Assembly (NCBI GenBank): GCA_027451365.1
Contig: DAIDJN010000019.1
Location: 1-64,000 of the forward strand
Origin: Phycisphaerales bacterium
GTDB taxonomy: Bacteria > Planctomycetota > Phycisphaerae > WQYP01
Reading direction: 5' to 3'
Length of the DNA: 64,000 bases
Position numbers and translations under genes: made by a program
Shown here: piece by piece, positions 54,591 through 64,000 of the stretch
Position numbering within the stretch: the first letter of the stretch is position 1
Layout of the letters: every line of letters begins with the position of its first letter
Notes under the pieces: model-generated
Database searches by the model: none
Told to the model about the DNA's origin: nothing
What the model saw: the letters and a program-made list of their open reading frames with translations, nothing else

Positions 54591-55313
54591 ATGCTGAAGT
54601 TTTCCGGTGACCCCGCCAATGTCATCCGTCAGGCGTATCAGAACAACCCCACCGCCAACACGCTGGTTCCCATTGTGGTGGAACGAAGCGGCCGTGGCGA
54701 ACGTTCTTATGATATATTTTCGCGACTGCTGCGCGACCGGGTAATTTTTATGGCCGGACCGGTTGATGATGAAGTCGCGAATCTGGTCATCGCCCAGTTG
54801 CTTTTTCTCTCCAACGAAGATTCCAAGACTGATATTCATTTTTATATCAACAGCCCGGGCGGATCGGTTACCGCGGGTCTGGCGATCTATGACACCATGC
54901 AGTTCCTGCGCTGCGATGTGGCCACCACATGTGTCGGCCTTGCGGCCAGCATGGGGGCATGGCTTCTGGCGGCCGGCCGCAAAGGCAAGCGGTTTGCGCT
55001 GCCTAACAGCCGCGTCATGATTCACCAGCCGCTGATTTCCGGAGTCATGCAGGGCACCGCGACCGACTTATCCATTGAAGCCCGTGAAATGCTGCGTCTT
55101 AGAACCAGAATGTACGAGATTATGTCGTTTCATACCGGGCAAACCGTGGAAAAGGTTCATCGCGATTGCGATCGCAACCTGTGGCTGGAAGCCGATGAAG
55201 CGATTACCTATGGCGTAGTCGATAAAAAGCTGGAACGAATGCCCGAATCGCCGGTGGTCCGCGGAAGCGACCTTGCGCCGCCGGACGGGACCACCGATTC
55301 AGCCGACCAGTAA
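54591..55313 (+). CDS. clpP: Clp protease proteolytic subunit
   Basis: DIFSRLL.DR, YINSPGG, AASMG, MIHQP; AGGAG RBS. Confidence 0.95.
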   Translation: MLKFSGDPANVIRQAYQNNPTANTLVPIVVERSGRGERSYDIFSRLLRDRVIFMAGPVDDEVANLVIAQLLFLSNEDSKTDIHFYINSPGGSVTAGLAIYDTMQFLRCDVATTCVGLAASMGAWLLAAGRKGKRFALPNSRVMIHQPLISGVMQGTATDLSIEAREMLRLRTRMYEIMSFHTGQTVEKVHRDCDRNLWLEADEAITYGVVDKKLERMPESPVVRGSDLAPPDGTTDSADQ

Positions 55314-55425
55314 TTTTGGCGGGTTTCAGTTTTTCACTGGATACAAGCGAGTTCATCTTATGCCGCAATGCAGCGCTGATGTAAGCCAACGGTTGGTTGG
55401 AAAGTGCGGGCGAATTCCAGTTAAT

Positions 55426-56055
55426 ATGCGAGCCCGCTTGTGTCCACTGGCGGGCTTTCTGGCCATTGTTGGCCTGTCGGGCCTGATGGGGGGCTGCGCT
55501 AATTATGCGAAAAACGCGCCTCTATACCGGCAGAACGTGGCGCTGCAGAATCAGAACACGCTGCTTGAAAGTCAATTAAAAAGTGAACGCGCAAAAGTGG
55601 CGGACTTGAAAGATCAACTCGCCGCAAAAACCCCGCGCTTCGCCACTCTGCCTCCGGGGCGGCTGGACCAGTTGTTTACCGTCACCAGCGTCAGCATTTC
55701 CGGCGATACGCGATCCAGTCGGCTGGGGAATAATCCCACACTCCGCGGATTCCGCATTTTTGTGCGCACTGGCATGGCCGGTGGGATGGCGCTGCCCGCG
55801 ACGGGACAATTTGTCCTTGAAGCGTTTGACCTTGCGGCACCGGCCGGGCGGGAACGCGTCGGCCGGTGGGTGTTTACACCCATGGAATCAAAGAAAGACT
55901 GGTATGGCATGTTCGGCATAAATGCATTTGCGTTTGATTGCCCGTGGAAACTGCCGCCGTCACACCGGCAAATAACGTTTAAGGTTGCATTTACCGACGC
56001 TTTGACCGGGCAAGTCTTTACAGCGCAGCGTCTGGTGAAGGTACGCATCAAATAA
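55426..56055 (+). CDS. Hypothetical lipoprotein with coiled coil (start uncertain, 55360 or 55426)
   Basis: Hydrophobic signal ending LMGGC, heptad segment, beta-rich C-domain. Confidence 0.7.
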   Translation: MRARLCPLAGFLAIVGLSGLMGGCANYAKNAPLYRQNVALQNQNTLLESQLKSERAKVADLKDQLAAKTPRFATLPPGRLDQLFTVTSVSISGDTRSSRLGNNPTLRGFRIFVRTGMAGGMALPATGQFVLEAFDLAAPAGRERVGRWVFTPMESKKDWYGMFGINAFAFDCPWKLPPSHRQITFKVAFTDALTGQVFTAQRLVKVRIK

Positions 56056-56112
56056 TTCAGGGGGCGGCGTCCATCGCATAAAGTGAACCCGCGCGCTGCC
56101 GCGGCGGTGGGG

Positions 56113-56796
56113 TCAGGGCTTGAAAAATCTCAGGTCCGCATGTTTTGGATACATATTCCGGACGTACCGATAGGCGACGTAGGCAGTCACGCCGTCGCAG
56201 AACAGTTTTTTGTAAAATAGCTGGCTTACCAGAGCGGCATCGGCCCAGCGAATTTCCCTCCGCGGACTGATAAATGCGTCCGCTCCGGTGCCGCGGACAA
56301 AGGCTTCCCCGAAGGCGTCATTACCGGTCAGACAACTGGAAGAGAAAACTGTCTTCCCGCGCAGGTCTCCAGCCAGAGAAATGACTTCATCAACGTCAAC
56401 TTCTTCCAGTTGAAGCACCAGTTTTCGCTGCAAACCGTGCATGGAAAGGTGAATGTGGCGACTGGTCGAAAGGCGTGCCAGCCTCAGGAAATGTCCAAGT
56501 TCCAGTTTGGTGCGGATAAACGAATAGAGCGGTCTTGCGCCGATCATGCGGAGAAATTCACCGAGCAACCGACCTTCCGACCAATACTTTTCGGTGGGTT
56601 TGCGGGAAACGGATTCTATCAGGAACACTTTATTGGAAGGCTGAAGGCGACGCGCCGGCATGCGATCTGTCTCGCCGTCCTGATAGGCGAAATAGGCGGT
56701 TCCATTTGCCAGAAAAGTGATGCGCGCTGGGAATAACCGCTCCCGGTTCCACGGGGCGTATACGCGATCACCTATATGCAAGTTTCTGCCGACCAT
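56113..56796 (-). CDS. Hypothetical protein: Tudor/SH3-like N-domain plus caspase/CHAT-like C-domain
   Basis: IGDRVYAPW....FPARI......Y..Y.DG; HIHLSMHG ... VFSSSC.TG. Confidence 0.65.
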   Translation of the reverse strand: MVGRNLHIGDRVYAPWNRERLFPARITFLANGTAYFAYQDGETDRMPARRLQPSNKVFLIESVSRKPTEKYWSEGRLLGEFLRMIGARPLYSFIRTKLELGHFLRLARLSTSRHIHLSMHGLQRKLVLQLEEVDVDEVISLAGDLRGKTVFSSSCLTGNDAFGEAFVRGTGADAFISPRREIRWADAALVSQLFYKKLFCDGVTAYVAYRYVRNMYPKHADLRFFKP

Positions 56797-57312
56797 AAGC
56801 CTTTCCCTTTTCGCATCCGGTCCGCGCCTGACGCAAGCGGACCGTAACAAGAGATTATATTCGGTGAACCGCAATAACTGCGATTACAGTTCTTTATAGA
56901 CAGATACCCATTGAAACGGTGTATTATCGGACTTTATATGCCAAGGGCGCTGGCCGGGGCGTACACCGGGCAGAATCTTTTCTGTCGCGCGAAAAAAATA
57001 ATCCCAATTCAATCAGCGATTCATTTCCAGTAAATCGGCCGCCGCCGCCACGCGCAGTGCCGTGAAATGATTTTTATCAGTCGCGGAAATATGGGGCGTT
57101 GAAACAGGCAATTTACCCAATGAAATCATATTGCCCGTGCCAAACAGCTGCCGATAGTTTGTGCGGAGCCAAATTCGGCTCTTCTTGAATATCGCTGCCA
57201 GGCATCACTTCGCAACGGCCGCGATCAGATTAAAAATGTCCGTCCTTCAATCCGTGGAAGTTGCTTTTCCGCGGAATGTTTCGGAGGTTCGGTTCTAAAA
57301 TCAGGAGCAGTC

Positions 57313-58068
57313 ATGGCAGGTATTAAGAGAGTTACAGCACCGCAAGGCTTCACGCTGATGGAACTTCTGGTCGTTATCAGTATCATCGCACTTCTGATTT
57401 CGCTGCTGCTTCCGAGTTTAAGTCAGGCTCGTTCACTGGCCAATCGGGTTGACTGTGCATCCAATCTCCGGTCGATCGGTCAATGTATGCACATTTATGC
57501 CGACGAAAACCAGAACCAATATCCGGTTAATATGAAGAATTCCATTTTCACTTTTGGTCCGGTCGTGGCAGGTTACACCAAAACCTTCCAGCCGATCCCG
57601 GGCAGTTTCGGAGCGCTGTACACCAACGGCATCCTCACCAATTCCACTATGTTGTACTGCACCCAGCCGGGCTTTTTCGGACCGGCCATGGCCCATTACA
57701 ACCTGTATCTCCCGACGGAAGTGGAATCTGGCGCTCCAATCAGTTGGTGGAGCATTTATTATGGCTATTCCTACTGGTATCAGCAGCAGCCGGGCAATCC
57801 GTTTTCGCCAAATGCTCTGACCAATCCGAATATTCAGTACACCCAAATTGTCAACGACAGCCCGAATACAATTCTGGCTTCGGATATCACCGCCAATCTG
57901 GCTGGCAATTGGAACTGGCCATATAACATGCCTACATCCAATCACGTAAGCGGCAACAACGGCAAGCCGGATGGTGGAAATATCTTGAAAAATGACGGTT
58001 CCGTCAATTGGAAAAATATTGGTGATATGTCGGTCGGACGCAGTTGGATTTTCAATTATTATCAGTAA
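57313..58068 (+). CDS. Prepilin-type N-terminal cleavage/methylation protein (DUF1559-like)
   Basis: [37 protein letters not shown]...GGNIL..DGSV.W; AGGAG RBS. Confidence 0.92.
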   Translation: MAGIKRVTAPQGFTLMELLVVISIIALLISLLLPSLSQARSLANRVDCASNLRSIGQCMHIYADENQNQYPVNMKNSIFTFGPVVAGYTKTFQPIPGSFGALYTNGILTNSTMLYCTQPGFFGPAMAHYNLYLPTEVESGAPISWWSIYYGYSYWYQQQPGNPFSPNALTNPNIQYTQIVNDSPNTILASDITANLAGNWNWPYNMPTSNHVSGNNGKPDGGNILKNDGSVNWKNIGDMSVGRSWIFNYYQ

Positions 58069-58112
58069 GGCTGTGCCCCACCGCTGCAACACTATTTAAC
58101 AGCTATTCATCC

Positions 58113-58148
58113 AGAAGGGGCCGGACCGCACAGGTCCGGACTCCTTTT
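58113..58148. terminator. Hairpin between convergent genes
   Basis: AAGGGG-CCGGACC / GGTCCGG-A-CTCCTT stem followed by TTGTTT. Confidence 0.6.
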
Positions 58149-58150
58149 GT

Positions 58151-58879
58151 TTATACGCCGGTCCTTGGCATAGACAGATCGCCAAAACCGATCAGCCTTA
58201 TGCCACGAGCCATGATGGCGTTGCGTACTGCCGGATCGCAAAGCGTCCGAACTTCAGTTAATCGTTCCTCGCGATACTGGGATTTTATTGTCAGATCCAG
58301 CCCCGGATGACAGCTCAATTCGGTCACGCCCTGGTCAAGTTTTTGCAGAATCCACACCATTCCCTTCACGCTGATATTCTCCGGCGTCGGTTCCAGATAT
58401 TCATTTTGTCCAAAAAACGCGCCCCAGAACCGGACGTACGGGTCGGCACCGCGCAGCACCACACCGAGTTCTCTTGCCAGCCGTTGCATTTCAGCGCCCG
58501 CCGCCGGACCTTTGTGCACGTGCTGATGTGAATCCAGGTGGGTCGGATTGGTGCCGGTTAACTGACGGAATCGATCCAGTTGCCGGCAAATTTCGTCGCG
58601 CACTGATGTCGGGTCATGTGTGGGAACAACTTCATAAATTGTTTTCCATTCGCCGTGGGAAAATATCCATTCGCCCAGCTCCACATGCAGGCCGAGGCTC
58701 AAATGGCCGTCGTCTCGCCAAAGCTCAACAGCTTCCAGTGCCGCCGGTGATCGGACCATCAGGCTGGCGCTGGTCAGAATTCCGTCGCGGCGGCATTTCA
58801 TAATGCCGGCATTGGTCAATGAGCTAAGGCCGAAATCGTCCGCATTCACGATAAGTTGAGGCGCTGAACCTGCATGCAC
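58151..58879 (-). CDS. YdjC/ChbG/HpnK family deacetylase
   Basis: IVNADDFG, SASLMV, GLH, PTHLDSHQHVH, ELSCHPG. Confidence 0.92.
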   Translation of the reverse strand: MHAGSAPQLIVNADDFGLSSLTNAGIMKCRRDGILTSASLMVRSPAALEAVELWRDDGHLSLGLHVELGEWIFSHGEWKTIYEVVPTHDPTSVRDEICRQLDRFRQLTGTNPTHLDSHQHVHKGPAAGAEMQRLARELGVVLRGADPYVRFWGAFFGQNEYLEPTPENISVKGMVWILQKLDQGVTELSCHPGLDLTIKSQYREERLTEVRTLCDPAVRNAIMARGIRLIGFGDLSMPRTGV

Positions 58880-58884
58880 TTCGG

Positions 58885-60060
58885 TTAAACTCCAATCTGC
58901 CGCATGACTTTGGCTAGAACCTTAGGCGCGGAAAAATATTCTTCTGCTATGTCCCTTGCGGCACGGCAGTTGCCGGCGTAATCGCGCCGAATTTCAGCAA
59001 CCGCATGCGCAATATCCTCCATGGTTTCAAATGCAAACAGCCCCCGACCTGTCGGCAGGTGATTGCCAAACCCGGTCTGTTGATTGATGACGGGCCGGCC
59101 TGCCGCCAGGTAGCAGGCACTGCGGTCCGAAAACCAGCCGCTGCGCAGCCGGATATTCTGATCCTTGGCCACGCTGAATTCTCCACGCGATCCCCGAATA
59201 TAATCGCGGTAACGGGCCATATCCCGTGAAAGATGGACCGGATCCCGCAACGTCCAGCCGTGATCCGTCAGAAGGCGGCGGGTTGGTTCATCCACGCCGG
59301 CGGCGATTTCAAATGCGGCACCGGTGATTTGCGGGGCCTGAAGAAATTTTAAGAATTCGCGGTCCTTGGACCAGTAATAGGTTTCGCCGGCATATTCAAT
59401 GTCCCGACCTTTGTTCCGCCAGGTGGCGATTGTATTAAACGATTCTCCAGCTTCGGAAGGCTTGCTGTTCCAGAAGTCCAGCACCACAGGCTGGCGCGTG
59501 GAATGCCACTTGTAGCGCCCGGTCGGCAGTCGGCAATCCGGGCATCCCAGGTTTTCACCATAAGTGAAATGATGCGTATGTGCATCCAGCGCTGCAATCA
59601 CATTTTCGTTACCCTGTGCGATCTGAATCTGAGAAACGACCGGGTCGGTTTCCAGATACACCCGGATGGGGCAATCCAGATGTTCCGTGCGAAGTTCCTG
59701 CGCACCCGTGACGTTAAGAATAATGTCCGCGGTTTTATACAACTCCGCCAGCCGCTGTTCGGTTTGACCGTAACATTTTCCACCTTCGTAATGACCGCGG
59801 AAAATCCATCTGTCGGCCAGGCCGTGTTCCTTGAGAATCGGTACGATGGCGGCAATGTTGGCGTCGGCATCCGGTGTGCTGTCGCCGAGTGTCGGGCTGT
59901 AAACCCAGCGGGCGGAATCTTCCACGTACCAGGGATCAAACCCCAGTTGGCGCAGGCCCAGCATAAAATGCAGAAATTGCCAGGTTACTCCGGCCAGTGG
60001 ATACCAGAACAAAATGCCACACACAATGATGCGCGGTCGCCGGCGCAATGGGTCAGTCAT
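58885..60060 (-). CDS. Putative GT-B glycosyltransferase
   Basis: YRDYI..SRGEFSVAK...SGWFSDRSACYLAAGRPVI.Q.TGF C-terminal glycosyltransferase-like module. Confidence 0.72.
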   Translation of the reverse strand: MTDPLRRRPRIIVCGILFWYPLAGVTWQFLHFMLGLRQLGFDPWYVEDSARWVYSPTLGDSTPDADANIAAIVPILKEHGLADRWIFRGHYEGGKCYGQTEQRLAELYKTADIILNVTGAQELRTEHLDCPIRVYLETDPVVSQIQIAQGNENVIAALDAHTHHFTYGENLGCPDCRLPTGRYKWHSTRQPVVLDFWNSKPSEAGESFNTIATWRNKGRDIEYAGETYYWSKDREFLKFLQAPQITGAAFEIAAGVDEPTRRLLTDHGWTLRDPVHLSRDMARYRDYIRGSRGEFSVAKDQNIRLRSGWFSDRSACYLAAGRPVINQQTGFGNHLPTGRGLFAFETMEDIAHAVAEIRRDYAGNCRAARDIAEEYFSAPKVLAKVMRQIGV

Positions 60061-60667
60061 GGTAATTCTCCTGTTGTTCGGCCGGCGCGTTTGCGGGGGC
60101 GATGGAACGAATGAATTTTGCCGGATTTCCCGCAAAAATGCAGTTTGGTGGCACCTGCCCGCCCACCACGGACCTGGCCCCAATAATGGTCCCGTCGCCA
60201 ATGGTTGTGCCGGGCAGAATGCAGCAATCGAACCCAATCCACACATTGTTGCCGATGGTAACCGCTTTCGTCGCCTGTCCAGCGAATGCCTCCGGTGACC
60301 GCGTGCCGGCGAACTGGCGCAACATGGCGCGTCGCCGGTCCGACCGGGGCGAGGCGCGGTAGGTATCCATAATAACCACGTTCCAGGACAGGAGACAGGA
60401 ATCGCCAATGGTTACGCGCTGGTCGCAAATAAGCCATAACCCGTTGAGCAGCGTATTTTCGCCGGTTTGAAAACAGGCCTTGGTGCCCAGATCAAACATG
60501 CAGCCCATATACGCGGATGAATTCGCGCCTAGAATCATGCCAACGGGCAGACGGCTGCGGTAAAACTGAAAGCTGTAGGTGGTTTCAAGATATGCGCCGG
60601 TCCGCAATTCCACGTTTTCCGGAATAACGCCCGGATGCCAGTCCCATGGAAGTGTGCGTGCGGTCAT
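60053..60667 (-). CDS. Hexapeptide-repeat (LbH) acyltransferase
   Basis: VTIGNNVWIG...ILPG.TIGDG.IIGA.SVV...AGNPA. Confidence 0.88.
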   Translation of the reverse strand: MTARTLPWDWHPGVIPENVELRTGAYLETTYSFQFYRSRLPVGMILGANSSAYMGCMFDLGTKACFQTGENTLLNGLWLICDQRVTIGDSCLLSWNVVIMDTYRASPRSDRRRAMLRQFAGTRSPEAFAGQATKAVTIGNNVWIGFDCCILPGTTIGDGTIIGARSVVGGQVPPNCIFAGNPAKFIRSIAPANAPAEQQENYHD

Positions 60668-61245
60668 GGCGTATCCACCGCTTTGGCAGGGTTCCCCGCG
60701 ACGCAAGCGCCCGCGGCCACGTCACGCGTGACCACGCTGCCCGGGCCGATCCATGCGCCACGACCTATGCGGACGCCCTTGAAAATGGCACAATTCGGCC
60801 CGATCCAGACATCATCCTCTATTATGACCGGCGCGCGGCGTACCGGCGGACGCGGATTGCCCGCCCCCGCGGGCGAGCAGGCTACCGCATCGGCAATGCG
60901 CAGAGCCGGCTCGATGGGGTGAAAGTCGCTGTCGGCGATGACCGTGTTCCACCCGATTAATACATAGCTTCCTATGCATATATATTCTTCCGCCATCAGT
61001 ACCGCACTGGTGAAGCAGCAGTAATCGCCTATGCGTATGCGGGCACCGGGTCCAATTGAAAACTGCACGCCATCCATCGTGGCATTTGCCCCGATAACCA
61101 GCGCATCGGGTTGCCGCGAGGCAACCCGGCGGAAGGCCGCCTTTCCGTTCACCACCGTGTTGTCGCCCAGCGTGACGCCGACGGGCAGTTGGCCGCCTTC
61201 CCAGGCGTTGGGGCGAGGGGGAGTCATGTCGTTCGCTGGATTCAT
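60664..61245 (-). CDS. Hexapeptide-repeat (LbH) acyltransferase
   Basis: DSDFHP, PV.IEDDVWIG...GSVVTRDV...AGNPA. Confidence 0.9.
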   Translation of the reverse strand: MNPANDMTPPRPNAWEGGQLPVGVTLGDNTVVNGKAAFRRVASRQPDALVIGANATMDGVQFSIGPGARIRIGDYCCFTSAVLMAEEYICIGSYVLIGWNTVIADSDFHPIEPALRIADAVACSPAGAGNPRPPVRRAPVIIEDDVWIGPNCAIFKGVRIGRGAWIGPGSVVTRDVAAGACVAGNPAKAVDTP

Positions 61246-63131
61246 GGTTCTCCTGCCGCCGGAACGTCAGGCGGGAATTGCAGGTTATGCAGCGTGCGGT
61301 AAAGCCCCTTTCCCGCCAGCAACTGCTCATGCGTACCTGATTCCCGAATTTTTCCCTGTTCCAGCACCACAATTTTATCCACATGCCGCACCGTGCCAAG
61401 GTGATGAGAAATAACCACAGTGGTTCGGCCGGACATCAGCGTGCGCATGGTGGTTAGCAGGTCGGCTTCGGTCTGCGCGTCCAGACCGGTGGTCGGTTCA
61501 TCCAGAATAATGACAGGGGCATTCTTAAGGAATGCCCGCGCCAGTGAAAGCCGTTGCCGCTGGCCACCCGAAAGCAGCACGCCGCGTTCGCCGATGGGTG
61601 TTTCGAACCCCAACGGCATCCGGCTGATAAAATCCCAGGCCCCTGCGGCGCGGGCCGCGGCATGGACCTGTTCAATCGTGGCGCTGGGTTGCGAATAGGC
61701 AATATTTTCGCGGACGCTTACATCAAATAGAACCGGTTCCTGCGGCACGATGGTAATCTGCTCTCGCAGTGTTTGCAGTGTAATATTCTTCAGCGGTTGG
61801 CCATCCAGTAGAATCGTGCCGATTTGCGGGTCATAAAAACGTGGAATTAATGCCGCCAATGTGCTTTTGCCCGCACCCGATGCGCCCACAAGTGCCAGAG
61901 AGGTTCCCGCCGGAATGATCAGGTCGATGCCAGCCAGAACCGTCGAGTCCGGCCGATAGCCAAAGGTGACTTCCTTAAAATGAATTTCGCCGCGTGCCGG
62001 TGCTGTCAGCGGCCGGGCCGACGGAGAGTCGGATATGGCTGAACTCCGGTCAAGAATTTTGAAAACGCGGTGTGCACCGGCCACCGATCCCTGAATGGAT
62101 GATACGGTATAGGACAGCGTTTCCAGCGGCTTGAAAAGCAGGGCGGTATATCCGGCCAGCAGGACGACATCCCCCGGCGTCAATTGGCCATGAATGACAC
62201 GTTCCGCCGCCAGCCAAATGACCGTCGCGGTTCCCGCCGCCAGCAGCAGCGCTACTCCGCTTTGTGATGCGGTCTGAAGCACTGTTAGCCGCAGGCTCGC
62301 CAGCAGGCTGCGGCGGGCATCTTGTGCGAAATGGCCGGCTTCATGTGCCTCCCCGCCGAATGCCTGCACCGCCCGAATTCCCGTCAGCGTCTGCTGGACA
62401 CGGGTGCTGACCAGGCTTTCATTTTCATGCACGCGGGTGGCAAAATCGGTGGTGGGCTTTTCCAGTCGCCGTACCATTATCAGGAGCAGCATTCCAACGA
62501 TCAGCGCCACAATGCCGATGCTCCAATCCTGACTGACCATCACCACGGAAATGCCCACCAGTGTGACCGCCGCCGATACACCGGGCACCAGCCCTTCATT
62601 AAAAAGGCTCTGAACTGAATATGTGTCCCAGGTGACGCGGTAAAGCGAATCGCCCACGGTGGTTGCATCGTGAAAGCCCAGTTCCATTCGTTGAATATGT
62701 TCAAATACGCGGCAGCGCAGTTTGAACACCATCCGCAGGCCCGCGGAAATCAGCATCCAAGTGCTTAATACGCTGATTCCCGCCGCCAGAAGGCTGATCA
62801 GCACCAATGCAATGCACAAAACTGTAATCAATCCCGATTTTCCGGTTCCGATGGGAATGATCGCCGCAATAAAATGTTGCGTTCGTGATAAAAATTCCGG
62901 CGGTGCCGTTTTTGATGTCACACTGTCAATGATGAATTTCATCGGCCATGGCTGAAGAAGTCCCACCAGCGAACCACATAACATCAGGGCCATGCCTGTC
63001 AGCGTGCCGGTTCGCTCCCCGGGCATACACATTTTCAGAAGCCTGGCGGCTGTCACCAGAGATCCGGCGCGATGCGGATTGTGCGCGGCCGGGCGGCCGG
63101 CCGATGTAGAATCTTCCGCTGGCGCGTTCAT
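61242..63131 (-). CDS. ABC exporter, fused TMD-NBD (MsbA-like)
   Basis: 6 TM; GASGAGKST, LSGGQRQR, ILDEPT. Confidence 0.95.
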   Translation of the reverse strand: MNAPAEDSTSAGRPAAHNPHRAGSLVTAARLLKMCMPGERTGTLTGMALMLCGSLVGLLQPWPMKFIIDSVTSKTAPPEFLSRTQHFIAAIIPIGTGKSGLITVLCIALVLISLLAAGISVLSTWMLISAGLRMVFKLRCRVFEHIQRMELGFHDATTVGDSLYRVTWDTYSVQSLFNEGLVPGVSAAVTLVGISVVMVSQDWSIGIVALIVGMLLLIMVRRLEKPTTDFATRVHENESLVSTRVQQTLTGIRAVQAFGGEAHEAGHFAQDARRSLLASLRLTVLQTASQSGVALLLAAGTATVIWLAAERVIHGQLTPGDVVLLAGYTALLFKPLETLSYTVSSIQGSVAGAHRVFKILDRSSAISDSPSARPLTAPARGEIHFKEVTFGYRPDSTVLAGIDLIIPAGTSLALVGASGAGKSTLAALIPRFYDPQIGTILLDGQPLKNITLQTLREQITIVPQEPVLFDVSVRENIAYSQPSATIEQVHAAARAAGAWDFISRMPLGFETPIGERGVLLSGGQRQRLSLARAFLKNAPVIILDEPTTGLDAQTEADLLTTMRTLMSGRTTVVISHHLGTVRHVDKIVVLEQGKIRESGTHEQLLAGKGLYRTLHNLQFPPDVPAAGEP

Positions 63132-64000
63132 CGGCTGCTCCTGACTTCACATTCTCCCTCGCGCTGACGGCCGACAAACATGAAAATCATGGACAGGGCG
63201 CCGCCGGCATCCATACTTCCGCGCAGCATCATCAGCGCTGCAAGAATAAGCATGGGAATCGCTCCCGGCCAGCCTTTGGCGAACAGATCAAACAGGCCCA
63301 GCACCGCCAGAACGCAGATAATGACCAGATAAAGCTGCGGAAACACTGGCCACGTTCGCAGGCGCACGAGTTGTTTACCGGAACCATGTTCCTCAATTGC
63401 CATGCGCAGACGAATCGAACCAAACACACCGCTGCGCAGCGAAAGGTCCCAGCGGTCAAAATCACCGCCGCGCTGTACGCACAGGCCTTCAGTCTTCAGA
63501 TAGGCTTCAATTTCCGTCAACCGGTCATCCGTGCTTCGCCAGCGTTCCGACCAGATCGCAAATTCACGCGGTATTGGAATATCCAGGCCGCGCGGAAATC
63601 GCATGCGCCAGGGGTTCAGTCCGCGGGAAAGTCGACCGCTTAAGCGGGCGACCGGTTGAATCAGATAGCACCACATCGTCAGCAGACGCAATTTAAACAA
63701 TTCGCTGCCGGTCCGGGGGATTTCGCTGAACGGACTGTACATCGCGCCGATCACCGCCTGAGTCACCGTGGCCCCGGCGGCGGCCACCAGCATCAGTCCC
63801 AGAAAAATTGGATGCCAGTAAAAGCCGGCCATGAATATCACGCTTAGCGCCAAAACCATCAGATACCATTCCGGCATCATGGCCAGAGACATAAGAACGC
63901 CCGGATTGCCATGATAAACAGACTGAAACAGCGCGCTGCCCCAGGACCCGTGGTAAATCCGCCGCCGGCCCCAGTTCAGAAATTGCCAGATTCCGCGTCC
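63128..64000 (-). CDS. C-terminal membrane part of a probable family 2 glycosyltransferase (5' end outside window)
   Basis: Open frame to window end: IYHGSWGSALFQSVY, TM helices, QP.ARL.GR, GGDFDRWDL, EEHG.GKQL.R; catalytic domain not visible. Confidence 0.6.
   Translation of the reverse strand, partial: GRGIWQFLNWGRRRIYHGSWGSALFQSVYHGNPGVLMSLAMMPEWYLMVLALSVIFMAGFYWHPIFLGLMLVAAAGATVTQAVIGAMYSPFSEIPRTGSELFKLRLLTMWCYLIQPVARLSGRLSRGLNPWRMRFPRGLDIPIPREFAIWSERWRSTDDRLTEIEAYLKTEGLCVQRGGDFDRWDLSLRSGVFGSIRLRMAIEEHGSGKQLVRLRTWPVFPQLYLVIICVLAVLGLFDLFAKGWPGAIPMLILAALMMLRGSMDAGGALSMIFMFVGRQREGECEVRSSR

Noticed and set aside
1..64000. CRISPR arrays, transposases, integrases, prophage, rRNA or tRNA
   Set aside because: None recognised by eye or in the ORF track

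Overview
Chromosomal window from a bacterium that I infer to be a Planctomycetota member, probably Phycisphaerae-like. The basis is the prepilin-type DUF1559 proteins, PEP-CTERM proteins and short Rho; very Glu-poor secreted proteins hint at an acidophile. Housekeeping content: ilvC, sppA, tmRNA, ruvAB, a full kdpFABCDE locus with an extra upstream membrane peptide, sucAB, an HU-like protein, rho, cysE, a UbiD-family decarboxylase, gltX and clpP. Accessory content: (i) a sigma54-type XRE/cupin regulator - APC permease - MOSC unit; (ii) Tat-exported GH55 and GH43 enzymes; (iii) an AraC-flanked pectin locus (about 32.3-45.1 kb) with two paralogous PEP-CTERM beta-helix surface proteins (one tipped with a pectate lyase), a DUF1559 pilin-like protein, a CE12 acetylesterase and an unknown secreted protein, with no SusC/D or sugar ABC transporter; (iv) a stand-alone Tudor-like plus caspase/CHAT-like protein; (v) a translationally coupled glycosyltransferase/ABC/acyltransferase/deacetylase operon running off the right end. 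Two decayed genes (GH57 and a XylR-like regulator) are visible. I found no CRISPR array, rRNA, tRNA, transposase or prophage. All calls come from motif recognition by eye; no database searches were run.
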